Shown here piece by piece: positions 9,499 to 19,414 of a stretch of 64,000 bases of DNA (the first letter of the stretch is position 1; the number at the start of each line of letters is the position of its first letter). The notes beneath the pieces are model-generated. The model saw only the letters and a program-made list of their open reading frames with translations. It made no database searches and was not told the origin of the DNA. Made by a program: the position numbers and the translations under genes. The DNA comes from Spirochaetia bacterium (GTDB lineage: Bacteria; Spirochaetota; Spirochaetia; SZUA-6; Bin103): assembly GCA_965208575.1 (NCBI GenBank), contig CBDBOV010000004.1, forward strand, positions 928,001 to 992,000, in the 5' to 3' direction.

Positions 9499-10014
9499 TC
9501 AGGCGAGGAGTGCAAACAGCGTCGTCAACGAAGTGATGACGGCAAACCCGATACCGATCATCCAGGTCAGCGTCCTGAACCGGCTGTCGGTGTGGCCTCT
9601 CGACTCTTCGAACCGCCGGTCCACCGTCTCGAAGCGCGCATTCATCTGGCCGACAAGGTCGTCGAAGCGCTTGTCCGCCGCCTCGAAGCGCGCATTCATC
9701 TGGCCGATAAGGTCGTCGAAGCGCTTGTCCGCCGCCTCGAAGCGTGCATTCATCTGGCCGACAAGGTCGTCGAAGCGCTTGTCCGCCGCCTCGAAGCGGT
9801 CCGCCATGAATCCGAACCGCTCATCCATCAACGCCCGCTGCGCTTTGAGCTCCTCCTCGATCCTGATCGACCTTTCGAGAAGCTGGCTTCCGACATCGCC
9901 ACGCTCCGGGTGCGGAACCATCTCCCCCACCACCTCGCGCAACCACGGCTTCACGTACTCTCCGATGCGACCGACGTCTTCGTCCCTCAGGGTCATGGGA
10001 TCTCCCATTGCCAC
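9499..10014 (-). CDS. Coiled-coil repeat protein with C-terminal membrane anchor (DUF1640/CCDC90-like architecture)
   Basis: AGGAGG SD and TATAGT upstream, three RFEAADKRFDDL(V/I)GQMNA repeats, and a terminal TM WMIGIGFAVITSLTTLFALLA. Confidence 0.8.
   Translation of the reverse strand: MAMGDPMTLRDEDVGRIGEYVKPWLREVVGEMVPHPERGDVGSQLLERSIRIEEELKAQRALMDERFGFMADRFEAADKRFDDLVGQMNARFEAADKRFDDLIGQMNARFEAADKRFDDLVGQMNARFETVDRRFEESRGHTDSRFRTLTWMIGIGFAVITSLTTLFALLA
9629..9798. repeat. Intragenic 54-bp tandem repeat, 3 near-perfect copies plus a partial copy
   Basis: The unit tcgaagcgcgcattcatctggccgacaaggtcgtcgaagcgcttgtccgccgcc starts at 9629, 9683 and 9737, with a partial copy at 9791. Confidence 0.95.
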
Positions 10015-10055
10015 CTCCTACTATACCCAATAACGGGCCCGGTTGCGCTGCCGCT

Positions 10056-11411
10056 TCAACCGTTGCGGAAGCGATTCTCCATCGCGCGGCGCAGGACCAC
10101 GGCCGGGTCGGTTTCGTCCACGGTCACGTCGGCCCAGCGCAACACCTCGCCCGAACGGCGCGGTTGCTGCAGGGTGACGCCGTGGGCCAGTCCGAGCGGC
10201 AGCGCGCCCAACTGCACGGAGCGAGCCGCCGGGAGCTGCTTGCCCCAGACGGTATAGCCACCCTCACCGTCCAGCTCGTCGCCGGCGGCCAGGTCGCGCT
10301 TGGCCACGGCGGCGACGTCGGAGCGGAAACCGGTGGCCGCGCCGGTGGGTTCGCCGCGCAGCGCAATCGAGGCGATCGACACGCCCAGCTCGAGGCCGAT
10401 CAGATGGTCGGGCCGGTACAGGGCGAGGTAGGAGCCGGTGGCGTCGGCCTGGAAGCCGTACTCGCGAATGCACTGTGCGACGTACTCCTGGCCCGCCTCC
10501 ACTACGACGTAGGTACCCATCTTCAGGTCGTGAGGCACCGGGCTACCGTCGCGGTTGAGACTGGACACCACCTCGGTCACGGCGTCCCCGCCGGGCTCGA
10601 CCGCCAGCACGCCGCCAACGGCTCGCGGGCGCAGACGGTCGGCGAGCTGATTGCGCGCCACCGGCGGAAAGCTCAATCCGTCCGGCTGCGGCACCAGGCC
10701 GGTGGCGTTGCATACCGCGGTCATCTCGATCGCCGACTTGCTGCCGTCGATGAAACTGTTGAACATCTTCGGGTCCATGCGGCCACGTGTAGCCACTGCG
10801 TGTTCAATGCCGAAGTTATTCCATACCGTGTCGGGAGTTGACTCGTGGAACGATGGCAGGTAGCGGGTGCCTTTGCCGGCTGCGGTGACGCGGAAGCCGG
10901 CGGTGCGCGCCCAGTCCACCTGCTCACAGATCAGCGCCGGCTGATCGCCGTACGCCAAGCTGTACACCACCCCGGCGGCGGCCGCGCGCTCGGCCAGCAG
11001 CGGTCCGGCCACCACGTCCGCCTCCACCGTTACCATCACCACGCTGAGCCGCGCGTCGATCGCCGCCACCGCGTGCCGCAACCCGACCCGCGGATCGCCG
11101 GTCGCCTCCACCAGCACGTCGATGCCGCCGGCGGCGATCACCTCTTCGCCGTCCTCTCCCAGGTGGGTGCGCCCGCTGTCGCGCGCCGCCGCCGGCGACG
11201 CCGCCGCGAACTGCTCCGCCTCCCAGCCCGCCGCCGCCAGCAGGCTGCGCACCTTGGGCAGGTCGCGATCGGCGATCGCCACCACGTGCATCCCCGGCGT
11301 GCGCCGCGCCTGGGCCAGAAACATCGACCCGAACTTGCCCGCGCCGATCATCCCGACCCGCACCGGCCGTCCGTCGGCCGCGCGCCGCTCCAGTCCCGCA
11401 GCCAGATTCAC
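10056..11411 (-). CDS. NAD(P)-dependent oxidoreductase with C-terminal SAF domain (homoserine-dehydrogenase-like, COG4091 type), paralog 1
   Basis: Rossmann motif IGAGKFG, then VEATG, YGDQP and DGSKSAIEM. The SAF-like tail reads AKRDLAAGDELDGEGG. Confidence 0.88.
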   Translation of the reverse strand: MNLAAGLERRAADGRPVRVGMIGAGKFGSMFLAQARRTPGMHVVAIADRDLPKVRSLLAAAGWEAEQFAAASPAAARDSGRTHLGEDGEEVIAAGGIDVLVEATGDPRVGLRHAVAAIDARLSVVMVTVEADVVAGPLLAERAAAAGVVYSLAYGDQPALICEQVDWARTAGFRVTAAGKGTRYLPSFHESTPDTVWNNFGIEHAVATRGRMDPKMFNSFIDGSKSAIEMTAVCNATGLVPQPDGLSFPPVARNQLADRLRPRAVGGVLAVEPGGDAVTEVVSSLNRDGSPVPHDLKMGTYVVVEAGQEYVAQCIREYGFQADATGSYLALYRPDHLIGLELGVSIASIALRGEPTGAATGFRSDVAAVAKRDLAAGDELDGEGGYTVWGKQLPAARSVQLGALPLGLAHGVTLQQPRRSGEVLRWADVTVDETDPAVVLRRAMENRFRNG

Positions 11412-11515
11412 GCTCCACTCCTCACGGCGGCCACTCTACCACGGTTGCCGCGGCCCGGGCCGGTTGACAACCTGCCACGGCACTCCCCAAGGTGGCGCGC
11501 GGAGCACCACGAGGC

Positions 11516-12676
11516 ATGAAAGATCCCAAGATCACCAAGCTGGAGATCCACGAGTACCGTTACGAGCTGCCCGACATGGGGCATGACGAGGATGGTTTCA
11601 ACATGGTGTACGAGCCGGGCGGAAGCCTGGTCGGCGGCGGCCACATTGTGCGCCTGATCACGGACACCGGGCCGGTGGGCGAGTGCCTGGCCGGGCGCGC
11701 CTCCGAGCTGTCCACCATTGAGCAGTTCTGGCACTACCTGAAGGGCAAGAGCGTCCTGCACCGTGAAAGGATCTACGGCGACATCAAGCGCGCCCTGCGG
11801 CAGAGCGCACGCATCGGCGTGGCGCCGATCGACAATGCGCTGTGGGACATCGCCGGCAAGTTGTTCGACGTACCGATCCATCGCCTGCTCGGCGGCCACA
11901 AGGAGTCGGTGCCATGCTACGCCAGCACCTACCACGGCGATCGGGCCGGCAGCCTCGACAGCCCGCAGGCGTACGCCGACTTCGCCGTCCAGTGCCGGGA
12001 GATGGGCTATCCGGCGTTCAAGATTCACGGCTGGAGCAAGGCGCCGGTGGCGCAGGAGGTGGCCAACGTGCTCGCGGTGCGCGCGGCGGTCGGCGACGAG
12101 ATGGACCTGATGCTCGACCCGGCCTGCGAGCTGCGCACCTTCGGCGACGCCGTCAAGGTGGGGCGCGCCTGCGACGAGGCCGGATTCTTCTGGTACGAGG
12201 ACCCGTTCCGCGACGGCGGCATTTCCCAGTTCGCGCACCGCAAGCTGCGCCAGTTGATCAGGACCCCGCTGCTGCAGACCGAGCACGTGCGCTCGCTGGA
12301 GCCGCACATCGACTTCGTGGTAGCCGACGCCACTGACTACGTGCGCGGCGACGTGGGTTACGACGGCATCACCGGGGTAATGAAACTGGCCCACGCCGCC
12401 GAAGCGCTGGGCATCGACATCGAGTTTCACGGCCCGAGCCCAGCGGCCCGGCAGTGCATGGCCGCCATCCGCAATACCAACTACTACGAGATGGGTCTGC
12501 TTGGACCCAAGGCGCCGCCGTCGCATGCCACCGAGTTGTACCTGGACCATCGCGACGAACTGGACGCCATCGATGAGCATGGCCACGTGCCGGTGGGGCA
12601 GGCGCCCGGACTCGGTGCGCAGATCAACTGGGAGTGGGTCGCCGCCCACCGCACCGGCATCCGGACCTACGACTGA
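11516..12676 (+). CDS. Mandelate racemase / muconate lactonizing enzyme (enolase superfamily) protein
   Basis: IDNALWDIAGK..P...LLGG capping motif, metal ligands in MLD, WYEDP and TEH, and a C-terminal PGLG. Confidence 0.92.
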   Translation: MKDPKITKLEIHEYRYELPDMGHDEDGFNMVYEPGGSLVGGGHIVRLITDTGPVGECLAGRASELSTIEQFWHYLKGKSVLHRERIYGDIKRALRQSARIGVAPIDNALWDIAGKLFDVPIHRLLGGHKESVPCYASTYHGDRAGSLDSPQAYADFAVQCREMGYPAFKIHGWSKAPVAQEVANVLAVRAAVGDEMDLMLDPACELRTFGDAVKVGRACDEAGFFWYEDPFRDGGISQFAHRKLRQLIRTPLLQTEHVRSLEPHIDFVVADATDYVRGDVGYDGITGVMKLAHAAEALGIDIEFHGPSPAARQCMAAIRNTNYYEMGLLGPKAPPSHATELYLDHRDELDAIDEHGHVPVGQAPGLGAQINWEWVAAHRTGIRTYD

Positions 12677-12692
12677 CAACGAGGAGCGACAG

Positions 12693-13511
12693 ATGACGAA
12701 CGGCAATTCGGTGGTAGGCGACGCCCAGCGCGAGCAGTTTCGCGAGGAGGGCCTGTGCATTCTGGAGGGCGTGATCGATTCCGAAACGGTGACCATGCTG
12801 CGCGAGGAGTGTTCCTACTTCCTCGGCTATATCGACGCGGTGATGGACGAGCAGGGGATCTCGTCCATCGGTATCACCCATCGCGGCAGCCGCTATTTCA
12901 TCGCCAACCGCTACCGCACCAGCCGGCGCATGCGCAGCTTCATCTTCGGCGGGTTGATGGCGGAGGTGACGCGGCGCCTGCTCGGCGACGAGGTGTACCT
13001 GTTCAACGAGCAGTGGGTGGTCAAGGGGCCGGAGCAGGGCATGAAGTTCTCCTGGCACCAGGACTCCGGCTACGTGCAGAGCCGCGACCTGAGCGCCACG
13101 CACGCGCCCTACCTGACCTGCTGGTGCGCGCTCGACGACGTGGATGAGGCCAACGGCACCGCCTACGTGCTGCCGCACTCGCGCGGCGGCACGCGCGATA
13201 CCATCTACCCGCACAGCCGCGAGGAGGGCAGCAACGACCTGGTCGGCTACACCGGGGACGATCCCGGCGAGCCGGTAGTCGCCCCGGCCGGCAGCATCGC
13301 GGCGTTCAGCAGCTACAACCTGCACCGCAGCGGGGCCAACACCAGCGCCGGCATGCGCCGCGTCTACCTGCCGCAGTACAGCGGCGCGCCGATTCGCGGC
13401 CGCGGCGGCGAGCTGTGGGGCATGGCGGTGCCGTTCCTGTCCTCCGGGCGCATCGTGTACCGCGCCGACGACGACACCCGCGAACGCTACGGTCCGGTGC
13501 CAGGCAACTAG
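12693..13511 (+). CDS. PhyH family Fe(II)/2-oxoglutarate dioxygenase
   Basis: GAGGAG SD, HxD motif [15 protein letters not shown]...NG, and distal His in LHRSGAN...RR. Confidence 0.92.
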   Translation: MTNGNSVVGDAQREQFREEGLCILEGVIDSETVTMLREECSYFLGYIDAVMDEQGISSIGITHRGSRYFIANRYRTSRRMRSFIFGGLMAEVTRRLLGDEVYLFNEQWVVKGPEQGMKFSWHQDSGYVQSRDLSATHAPYLTCWCALDDVDEANGTAYVLPHSRGGTRDTIYPHSREEGSNDLVGYTGDDPGEPVVAPAGSIAAFSSYNLHRSGANTSAGMRRVYLPQYSGAPIRGRGGELWGMAVPFLSSGRIVYRADDDTRERYGPVPGN

Positions 13512-13570
13512 CACGCAAATAGCAGGAGCGAGGCGGCTGCGTCCGCCGCCAAAAATGGTACATTAGATAC

Positions 13571-14245
13571 ATGAATCGGCGCGCACTGGTAGTTGGAGCG
13601 ATCGCGGTCGGAGCCGTGGTGGTGGTAGCCGTGGGCTGGTATCTGGCGTCGCCGCTGTTCATCAATCGGATGGTCAGCGAGGCGTTCCCGGTCGAGATAC
13701 CCACCTCGGCACAGATGCGGGAGATGTCGGCGGACGAGATGGATGCCATGGAACAGCAGATCATGGATGCCATCCCCTCCGCGGACGAGATGGACGCGAT
13801 GCCGGAACGGGCACGCGAGCGCATTCGCAAGGACGTCGAGCGGTTCGCGGCGGCGATGCCTGACAAGCACGCCATCGAACCGATGCCGGGGGCGCCGGTG
13901 CTGCTGGCCAGCGGCGAGTTCCGTGACGCCGACCGGTTCCACAAGGGCAGCGGCGTCGCCAAGCTGTACGACATTCCCGCGATCGGTCGCGTGTTGCGCT
14001 TCGAGGAGTTTCGCGCCACCAACGGCCCCGACCTGCACGTCCTGCTGGCGGCCGCGCCGCTGCCCACCAATCGCCACGACCTGGGCGAGTACATCGACCT
14101 GGGGTCTCTGAAGGGCAACGTCGGCGACCAGAACTACGACATACCGGAGGACGTGGACGTGGCCCGTTACGCCAGCGTGGTGATTTACTGCAAGCCGTTC
14201 CACGTCGTGTTCGCCACCGCCACCCTGAACCGTAGCGGCGGCTGA
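13571..14245 (+). CDS. DM13 domain protein with N-terminal anchor
   Basis: N-terminal TM ending WYLASPLF, then DM13 motifs [27 protein letters not shown] and [12 protein letters not shown]. Confidence 0.9.
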   Translation: MNRRALVVGAIAVGAVVVVAVGWYLASPLFINRMVSEAFPVEIPTSAQMREMSADEMDAMEQQIMDAIPSADEMDAMPERARERIRKDVERFAAAMPDKHAIEPMPGAPVLLASGEFRDADRFHKGSGVAKLYDIPAIGRVLRFEEFRATNGPDLHVLLAAAPLPTNRHDLGEYIDLGSLKGNVGDQNYDIPEDVDVARYASVVIYCKPFHVVFATATLNRSGG

Positions 14246-14281
14246 GCCCGAGCGCGTACGCCGCCCCGCTCGCCGCTCGGC

Positions 14282-14410
14282 AGCGTTCCCTACGCCAGGA
14301 GCGTTCCCTACGCCAGGAGCGTTCCCTACGCCAGGAGCGTTCCCTACGCCAGGAGCGCTCCCTACGCCAGGAGCGCTCCCTACGCCAGGAGCGTTCCCTA
14401 CGCCAGGAGC
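14282..14410. repeat. 18-bp tandem repeat (VNTR), 7 copies, overlapping the 3' end of the DMT gene
   Basis: The unit agcg(t/c)tccctacgccagg starts at 14282, 14300, 14318, 14336, 14354, 14372 and 14390, with no spacers. Confidence 0.97.
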
Positions 14411-15333
14411 ACCAGAATCACGCCCGCGACCGCAATCACGGTGGCGGCCAGGGTCATGGCACCGGGTGGCTCGCGCAGCAGCAGCGCGCTCAGGGGGGCG
14501 GCGTACAGCGGCGCCGTGGCGCCGATGATGGCCGTAAAGGTGGCGCCCGCCAGCTTGATCGACTCCACGTAGAGCATTCCCACCACTACCCAGCCCAGCA
14601 TGCCGCCCAGGACCAGCAGCCACAGCGTGCGGCGATCGCCGAGCACCCGCTCGGCGGCGTCCAGCGCGCCCGGACGCCGCAGCGCCACGCTGAGCGACAG
14701 CAGCGCCGCGATCGGCACGCGCACGGCATTCACGGCCAGGGTGGTCATGCCCTCGGCGGCCTTGGCGGTCAGAATCACCTCCAGGCCCCACACCGCCGCG
14801 GTGATCGTGGCCAGCAGCAGCCCCACCCTGCGCTTGCGCCGCGCAGTGTCCGGGACGCCGGCTTGCGTGCCAACCGCCGCGGTCCTCGGCGCTGCCCGCG
14901 GCCGCCGCTCCGGGAGCGACAGCAGCGCCCCCGCCGCGACCACCAGCAGGGCGCCGACGATCGCCAACGGCGGCGGCGCGTCTCCCAGGAGGAGAAACCC
15001 GAACAGCATCGTGAATATCGGGAAGCTGCAGATCACCGGCACGGTCCGCGCGACCCCCACCAGGCGTAGCGCCACCACGCTGCACGTGTCACCGACCAGC
15101 CCGCCTACCACGATGGCCGCCACGATCAGCAGAACGCGCTCCGGGGTGAAGGTCGCCGCCCCCGGTGCTCCGGCGGCCAGGAACCAGACCACGATCACCG
15201 CCGCTCCCAGCAGCGCACGCAGCCCGTTGAGCACGAATGGGTCCAGCCGCTGCGACAGATGGCGCAACACCACGCTGGTGGCGCTCCAGCACACGGCGTG
15301 CGCGAAGGCGATGAAGACGCCCAATGCGATCAT
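14398..15333 (-). CDS. DMT/EamA family transporter
   Basis: About 10 TM in two EamA repeats ([17 protein letters not shown] and SIKLAGA...[14 protein letters not shown]). The start is set at ATG 15333 because the longer ORF call runs through an intergenic repeat. Confidence 0.9.
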   Translation of the reverse strand: MIALGVFIAFAHAVCWSATSVVLRHLSQRLDPFVLNGLRALLGAAVIVVWFLAAGAPGAATFTPERVLLIVAAIVVGGLVGDTCSVVALRLVGVARTVPVICSFPIFTMLFGFLLLGDAPPPLAIVGALLVVAAGALLSLPERRPRAAPRTAAVGTQAGVPDTARRKRRVGLLLATITAAVWGLEVILTAKAAEGMTTLAVNAVRVPIAALLSLSVALRRPGALDAAERVLGDRRTLWLLVLGGMLGWVVVGMLYVESIKLAGATFTAIIGATAPLYAAPLSALLLREPPGAMTLAATVIAVAGVILVLLA

Positions 15334-15361
15334 CGCCGCTGCACCGGTACGCGTCGGTTGG

Positions 15362-15451
15362 AGCGCTCGGTCCGAAATAGCCTGACGGCGAGCGATGCTT
15401 GGGTATCGGTTGTCATCGTCTTCCATCTCACGGAGTGACCGTACAGACTCA
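15362..15451 (-). repeat. Dispersed ~90-bp element, copy A
   Basis: The reverse complement TGAGTCTGTACGGTCACTCCGTGAGATGGAAGACGATGAC...GGCTATTTCGGACC matches the copies at 41901 and 45530. Confidence 0.85.
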
Positions 15452-15481
15452 CCACAAGTTAGTATGATGATCACAAGATCC

Positions 15482-16633
15482 ATGGGCAGGCAACCAAACG
15501 AGCCGGAGCAGCGCCCGGCGGCGAACGGCTCGCTGCGCCAGCGGCTGGCCCGTTTCGTGCGCCGTTGCCGCGTGCGGGCGGAGCAGGCCAAGTCCGCACT
15601 GACCGTCCACGGCGTCACCTACGCCGCCGTCAACGCCGGACTGCTGCTGGTAAACCTGATTACCTCGCCCCGCTTTCTGTGGTTCCTGTTCCCGCTCGCC
15701 GCCTGGGGAATCGGTCTGCTGCACCACGTCACCGAGGCCCGCGTGCGGGCGCGCGAGGCGCGCGAGGCCGCGGCGCTTCCCCCGCTCAACAAGCGCGCGC
15801 TGCAGCAGGTACGCACGCTGTTTGCCGTACGCCGCCGCCTGCGCCACCACCTCACCACGGCCGCGGGGTTGTCGGCGTTCCTGGTGGGGCTCAACATCCT
15901 GCTGACGCCGAGGGACGGCCCGTGGGCGCTTATCCCGATTGTCCTGGCGCTCGGGCCTCCCCTTGTCATTCACTACGCCGTGGCGCGCGCACGGGGCCGG
16001 CGGCTGCGCCGCGAACTGGCGGACAAGGGGCTGGATCTCGAGTCGGCGGTTGCCGACCTGGCGACGCTCCCGGTGGACGACCCGGAGGTGCTGCTGTCCG
16101 ACGCACCGCTGCTGGCAGAGGCCGCGGAACTGCGCGAGGCGATCCTCGCCGACCTGCAGGACGGCGGGGCGGACGCCGATCGCTGGCGCACGGAACTGCA
16201 GCCGGAGCTGGACACCTATACGCGCCACATCGGCGCGCTGCTGCAGGCGCGCCGCGAGCTGGAACGGGCCGGCGCGCGCGTATCCGCGGCGGAAATCACC
16301 GAGGAACTCGCCGTCCTGAACGGCAAGCTGGATGAAGCTACCTCCGCCGAGTTGCGCCGCGAATACCAGACTGCCGTGGCGCAGTACGAGGGCCAGCTCA
16401 ACTCGCTCCAGGATCTGCAGGAACGCATCGAGATGACCGACCTGCGCGCCAAGTCCGCGATACTGGCGCTGCGCCAACTCTCACTCGATATTCCGCGGTT
16501 GCGCGCCGCCCCCGCCGGTGAGCCGGCCGCCCTGGTGTCGCTGCGCGGCAAGTCGCAGGAACTGACCCGCTACCTCGAAGACCTGCGCGCCGGCCACCGC
16601 GATCTCGACGACGCCGCGGTCCGTCCGCCGTAG
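15482..16633 (+). CDS. Protein with tandem 2TM-like domains and a C-terminal coiled coil
   Basis: H..Y..VN..L...NL....WF.FP..WGIGL..H is a 2TM pattern, followed by a second degenerate copy and a long heptad-rich helical tail. Confidence 0.75.
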   Translation: MGRQPNEPEQRPAANGSLRQRLARFVRRCRVRAEQAKSALTVHGVTYAAVNAGLLLVNLITSPRFLWFLFPLAAWGIGLLHHVTEARVRAREAREAAALPPLNKRALQQVRTLFAVRRRLRHHLTTAAGLSAFLVGLNILLTPRDGPWALIPIVLALGPPLVIHYAVARARGRRLRRELADKGLDLESAVADLATLPVDDPEVLLSDAPLLAEAAELREAILADLQDGGADADRWRTELQPELDTYTRHIGALLQARRELERAGARVSAAEITEELAVLNGKLDEATSAELRREYQTAVAQYEGQLNSLQDLQERIEMTDLRAKSAILALRQLSLDIPRLRAAPAGEPAALVSLRGKSQELTRYLEDLRAGHRDLDDAAVRPP

Positions 16634-16645
16634 GCGGAGACTGCC

Positions 16646-18520
16646 ATGGCCCGTCTCTCCCCCGGCATCGACGGCCGGCTCACCGACTACGGCGACCCCG
16701 GCTTCAGTTCTTTTCTCCGGCGTGCATTCCTGGCGTCAGCCGGGTACGACGATGGCGACGTCGACCGGCCGGTGGTGGCCATCGTGGACACCAGCTCCGA
16801 CTACACCACCTGTCACCGCGACATGCCGGCGCTGCTCGCCGCGGTGCGGCGCGGCGTGCTGCAGGGCGGTGCGCTGCCGCTCACCCTGCCCACCCTCTCG
16901 CTCGGCGAGATCTTGATTTCGCCCACCTCGATGCTGTACCGCAACCTGCTCGCGATGGAGACCGAGGAGGCGCTCACCGCCTACCCGATGGACGCGGCGG
17001 TGCTGCTCGGCGGCTGCGACAAGACGGTGCCGGCGCAGTTGATGGCAGCCGCATCGGCGGATGTGCCGGTGGTGTCGGTGGTGACCGGCCCGATGCGCAC
17101 CGGCTCCTGGCGCGGCACCCGGCTCGGCGCCTGCACCGACTGCCGCGCCCACTGGGTGCAGTACCGCGCCGGCGAACTGGACGACACGGAGATCCGCGCA
17201 GTGCAGCAGGAGCTGTGTCCCACCGGCGGCACCTGCATGGTAATGGGCACGGCGTCCACCATGGCCTGCCTGACCGAGACGCTCGGGCTCATGCTGTCGG
17301 GCGGCGCCGCGGCGCCCTCCGGCTCCGGCGCCCGCCTGCGCCACGCGGTGGCATCCGGCCGCCGCGCTGCCGCCCTGGCGCATACCCCGATCCGCCCGCG
17401 CGAAGTGCTCACGGCGGCGGCGTTCGCCAACGCGGTTACCGTCCTTCTGGCGATCGGCGGCTCTACCAACGCCATTATCCACCTGCTGGCGATCGCCCGC
17501 CGCGCCGGCGTGCCGCTTACCCTCGCCGACTTCGAGGCGGCTGCCGCGCGCGTCCCGCTGCTGGTCAACTGCAAGCCGAGCGGCGCGCTGTGGCTGGAGG
17601 ACCTGCACCGCGTCGGCGGCATGCCGGCGGTGTTGGCCGAGCTGCGGCCGCTGCTGCACCTCGACGCGCTGTGCGTGAGCGGACGGACGCTGGGTGAACA
17701 ACTCGCCGCGCGCCGCGTGTCTGCCGCGGAGGTCGCCGAAACCGCTGCCGGCGCCATCGAACCGGGACGCTCCACCGCGAGCGACAAACCGCCGGAGGCG
17801 GCCACAGCGGACGCCGGGAGTGCCCGCCGCGAGGTTGAGAAGGACAAGAGCGAGCGCTCACTCTCCATCCGATCCATCGCCCTCGACCGGGTAATCGGCA
17901 CGCTGGACGAGCCGATCGGCCCGCCGGGTGCCCTCACCGTGCTGCGCGGCTCGCTGGCGCCCGACGGCGCGGTGCTCAAGCGTTCCGCCGCCACGCCCGC
18001 CCTGCTGAAGCACCGCGGTCCGGCGCTGGTGTTCGAATCGCCCGCCGACCTGGCGGCGCGCATCGACGATCCGGCCCTGCCGGTCACCCCGGACCACGTG
18101 CTCGTGCTGCGCAACAGCGGCCCCGCGGCCGCCGGCATGCCGGAAACCGGATCCGTGCCGATTCCGCGCAAGCTGGCGGAGGCCGGCGTGCGTGACATGG
18201 TACGCGTGTCGGACGCGCGCATGAGCGGCACCGCGGCCGGCACCGTGGTACTGCACTGCTCGCCCGAGGCGGCCCGCGGCGGCCCGTTGGCCCTGGTCGA
18301 GGACGGCGACCCGGTGGAGCTGGATGCCGACGGCGGCCGTATCGACGTGCTGGTTTCGGAACGGGAACTGGCCGCGCGCCGCGTGCGCGCACCGGCACCG
18401 CCGGCCCCGCCGCGGCGCGGCTGGAAACGCCTGCACGCCGAGCACGTGCTGCCTGCCCACCTCGGCGCCGACCTCGACTTTCTCGCGCCCGACCCGGATA
18501 CGGAAGCAGGCGGGCAGTAA
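16646..18520 (+). CDS. IlvD/Edd family dehydratase (probably a sugar-acid dehydratase)
   Basis: TCH, GGCDKT, GTCMVMGTASTM, GGSTNA and SDARMSGT motifs. Confidence 0.92.
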   Translation: MARLSPGIDGRLTDYGDPGFSSFLRRAFLASAGYDDGDVDRPVVAIVDTSSDYTTCHRDMPALLAAVRRGVLQGGALPLTLPTLSLGEILISPTSMLYRNLLAMETEEALTAYPMDAAVLLGGCDKTVPAQLMAAASADVPVVSVVTGPMRTGSWRGTRLGACTDCRAHWVQYRAGELDDTEIRAVQQELCPTGGTCMVMGTASTMACLTETLGLMLSGGAAAPSGSGARLRHAVASGRRAAALAHTPIRPREVLTAAAFANAVTVLLAIGGSTNAIIHLLAIARRAGVPLTLADFEAAAARVPLLVNCKPSGALWLEDLHRVGGMPAVLAELRPLLHLDALCVSGRTLGEQLAARRVSAAEVAETAAGAIEPGRSTASDKPPEAATADAGSARREVEKDKSERSLSIRSIALDRVIGTLDEPIGPPGALTVLRGSLAPDGAVLKRSAATPALLKHRGPALVFESPADLAARIDDPALPVTPDHVLVLRNSGPAAAGMPETGSVPIPRKLAEAGVRDMVRVSDARMSGTAAGTVVLHCSPEAARGGPLALVEDGDPVELDADGGRIDVLVSERELAARRVRAPAPPAPPRRGWKRLHAEHVLPAHLGADLDFLAPDPDTEAGGQ

Positions 18521-18535
18521 CCGCGCCGCGGCGCG

Positions 18536-19414
18536 CTATTCGATGATCTTGGTGAGCGGATACTCGACGATGCCGCTCGCCCCGGCCTCCTTGAGGAGTG
18601 GAATGATGTCGCGCACCACCGCCTCGTCGATCACCGTATTGACCGCGATCCAGTCGCCGTTCACCAGCCCCGACAGGGTCGGCTTCTGCAATGCCGGGAG
18701 TACCGCCACCACGCTTTCCACCTTGTCCTGAGGCACGTTCATCATCAGCCCCACCTTGCCCTCTGCCGCCATTGCGCCGCGCAGCATGAGCGTGATGTTC
18801 TCGATCTTGCGCCGCTTCCAGTCATCGTGCCACGCCGTCTCGTTGGCGATCAGCCGCGGTGTGCTCTGCACGATGGTGTCCACGATGCGCAGGTTGTTGG
18901 CGCGCAGCGAGCTGCCGGTTTCGGTGATCTCCACGATGGCGTCCGCCAGGCGCGGCGGCTTCACCTCGGTGGCGCCCCAGGAGAACTCCACGTGCGCCTG
19001 CACGCCGTGCCGCTTCAGGTAGTCGGTGGTGAGGTTCACCGCCTCGGTGGCGATGTGCTTGCCCTGCAGGTCGCGCGCACTCCGCACCGGCGAGTCCTCC
19101 GGCACCGCCAGCACCCAGCGCACCGGCCGGCGGCTCACCTTCGAGAACACCAGCTCGGCGACTTCCACCACCTCGGCGCGGTTCTCGACGATCCAGTCGT
19201 GCCCGGTCAGCCCCGCGTCCATGACGCCGTCCTGGACGTACCGCGCCATCTCCTGAGCGCGGATCAGGATACACTCGATCTCCGGGTCGTCGATCTCCGG
19301 GTAGTAGGAGCGCGACCGGAAGGTGATGCGGTACCCCGCCTGCTGAAACAGCTCGGCGGTGGCGTCCTGCAGGCTGCCGGCCGGGATGCCGAACTTCAAT
19401 ACCCGCGAGCTCAT
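18536..19414 (-). CDS. hisG: ATP phosphoribosyltransferase (long form)
   Basis: [25 protein letters not shown] and [17 protein letters not shown] motifs, plus the C-terminal regulatory domain. Confidence 0.96.
   Translation of the reverse strand: MSSRVLKFGIPAGSLQDATAELFQQAGYRITFRSRSYYPEIDDPEIECILIRAQEMARYVQDGVMDAGLTGHDWIVENRAEVVEVAELVFSKVSRRPVRWVLAVPEDSPVRSARDLQGKHIATEAVNLTTDYLKRHGVQAHVEFSWGATEVKPPRLADAIVEITETGSSLRANNLRIVDTIVQSTPRLIANETAWHDDWKRRKIENITLMLRGAMAAEGKVGLMMNVPQDKVESVVAVLPALQKPTLSGLVNGDWIAVNTVIDEAVVRDIIPLLKEAGASGIVEYPLTKIIE

Noticed and set aside
14282-14410. Possible CRISPR array
   Set aside because: The 18-bp units are contiguous with no unique spacers, and no cas genes lie in the window. 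It is a VNTR.
15334-15618. N-terminal extension of the DMT ORF (called from 15618) and a possible MEDD.. leader peptide in the dispersed element
   Set aside because: The extension overlaps the divergent gene and runs through the repeat. The reading frame is not preserved among the three copies because of indels.
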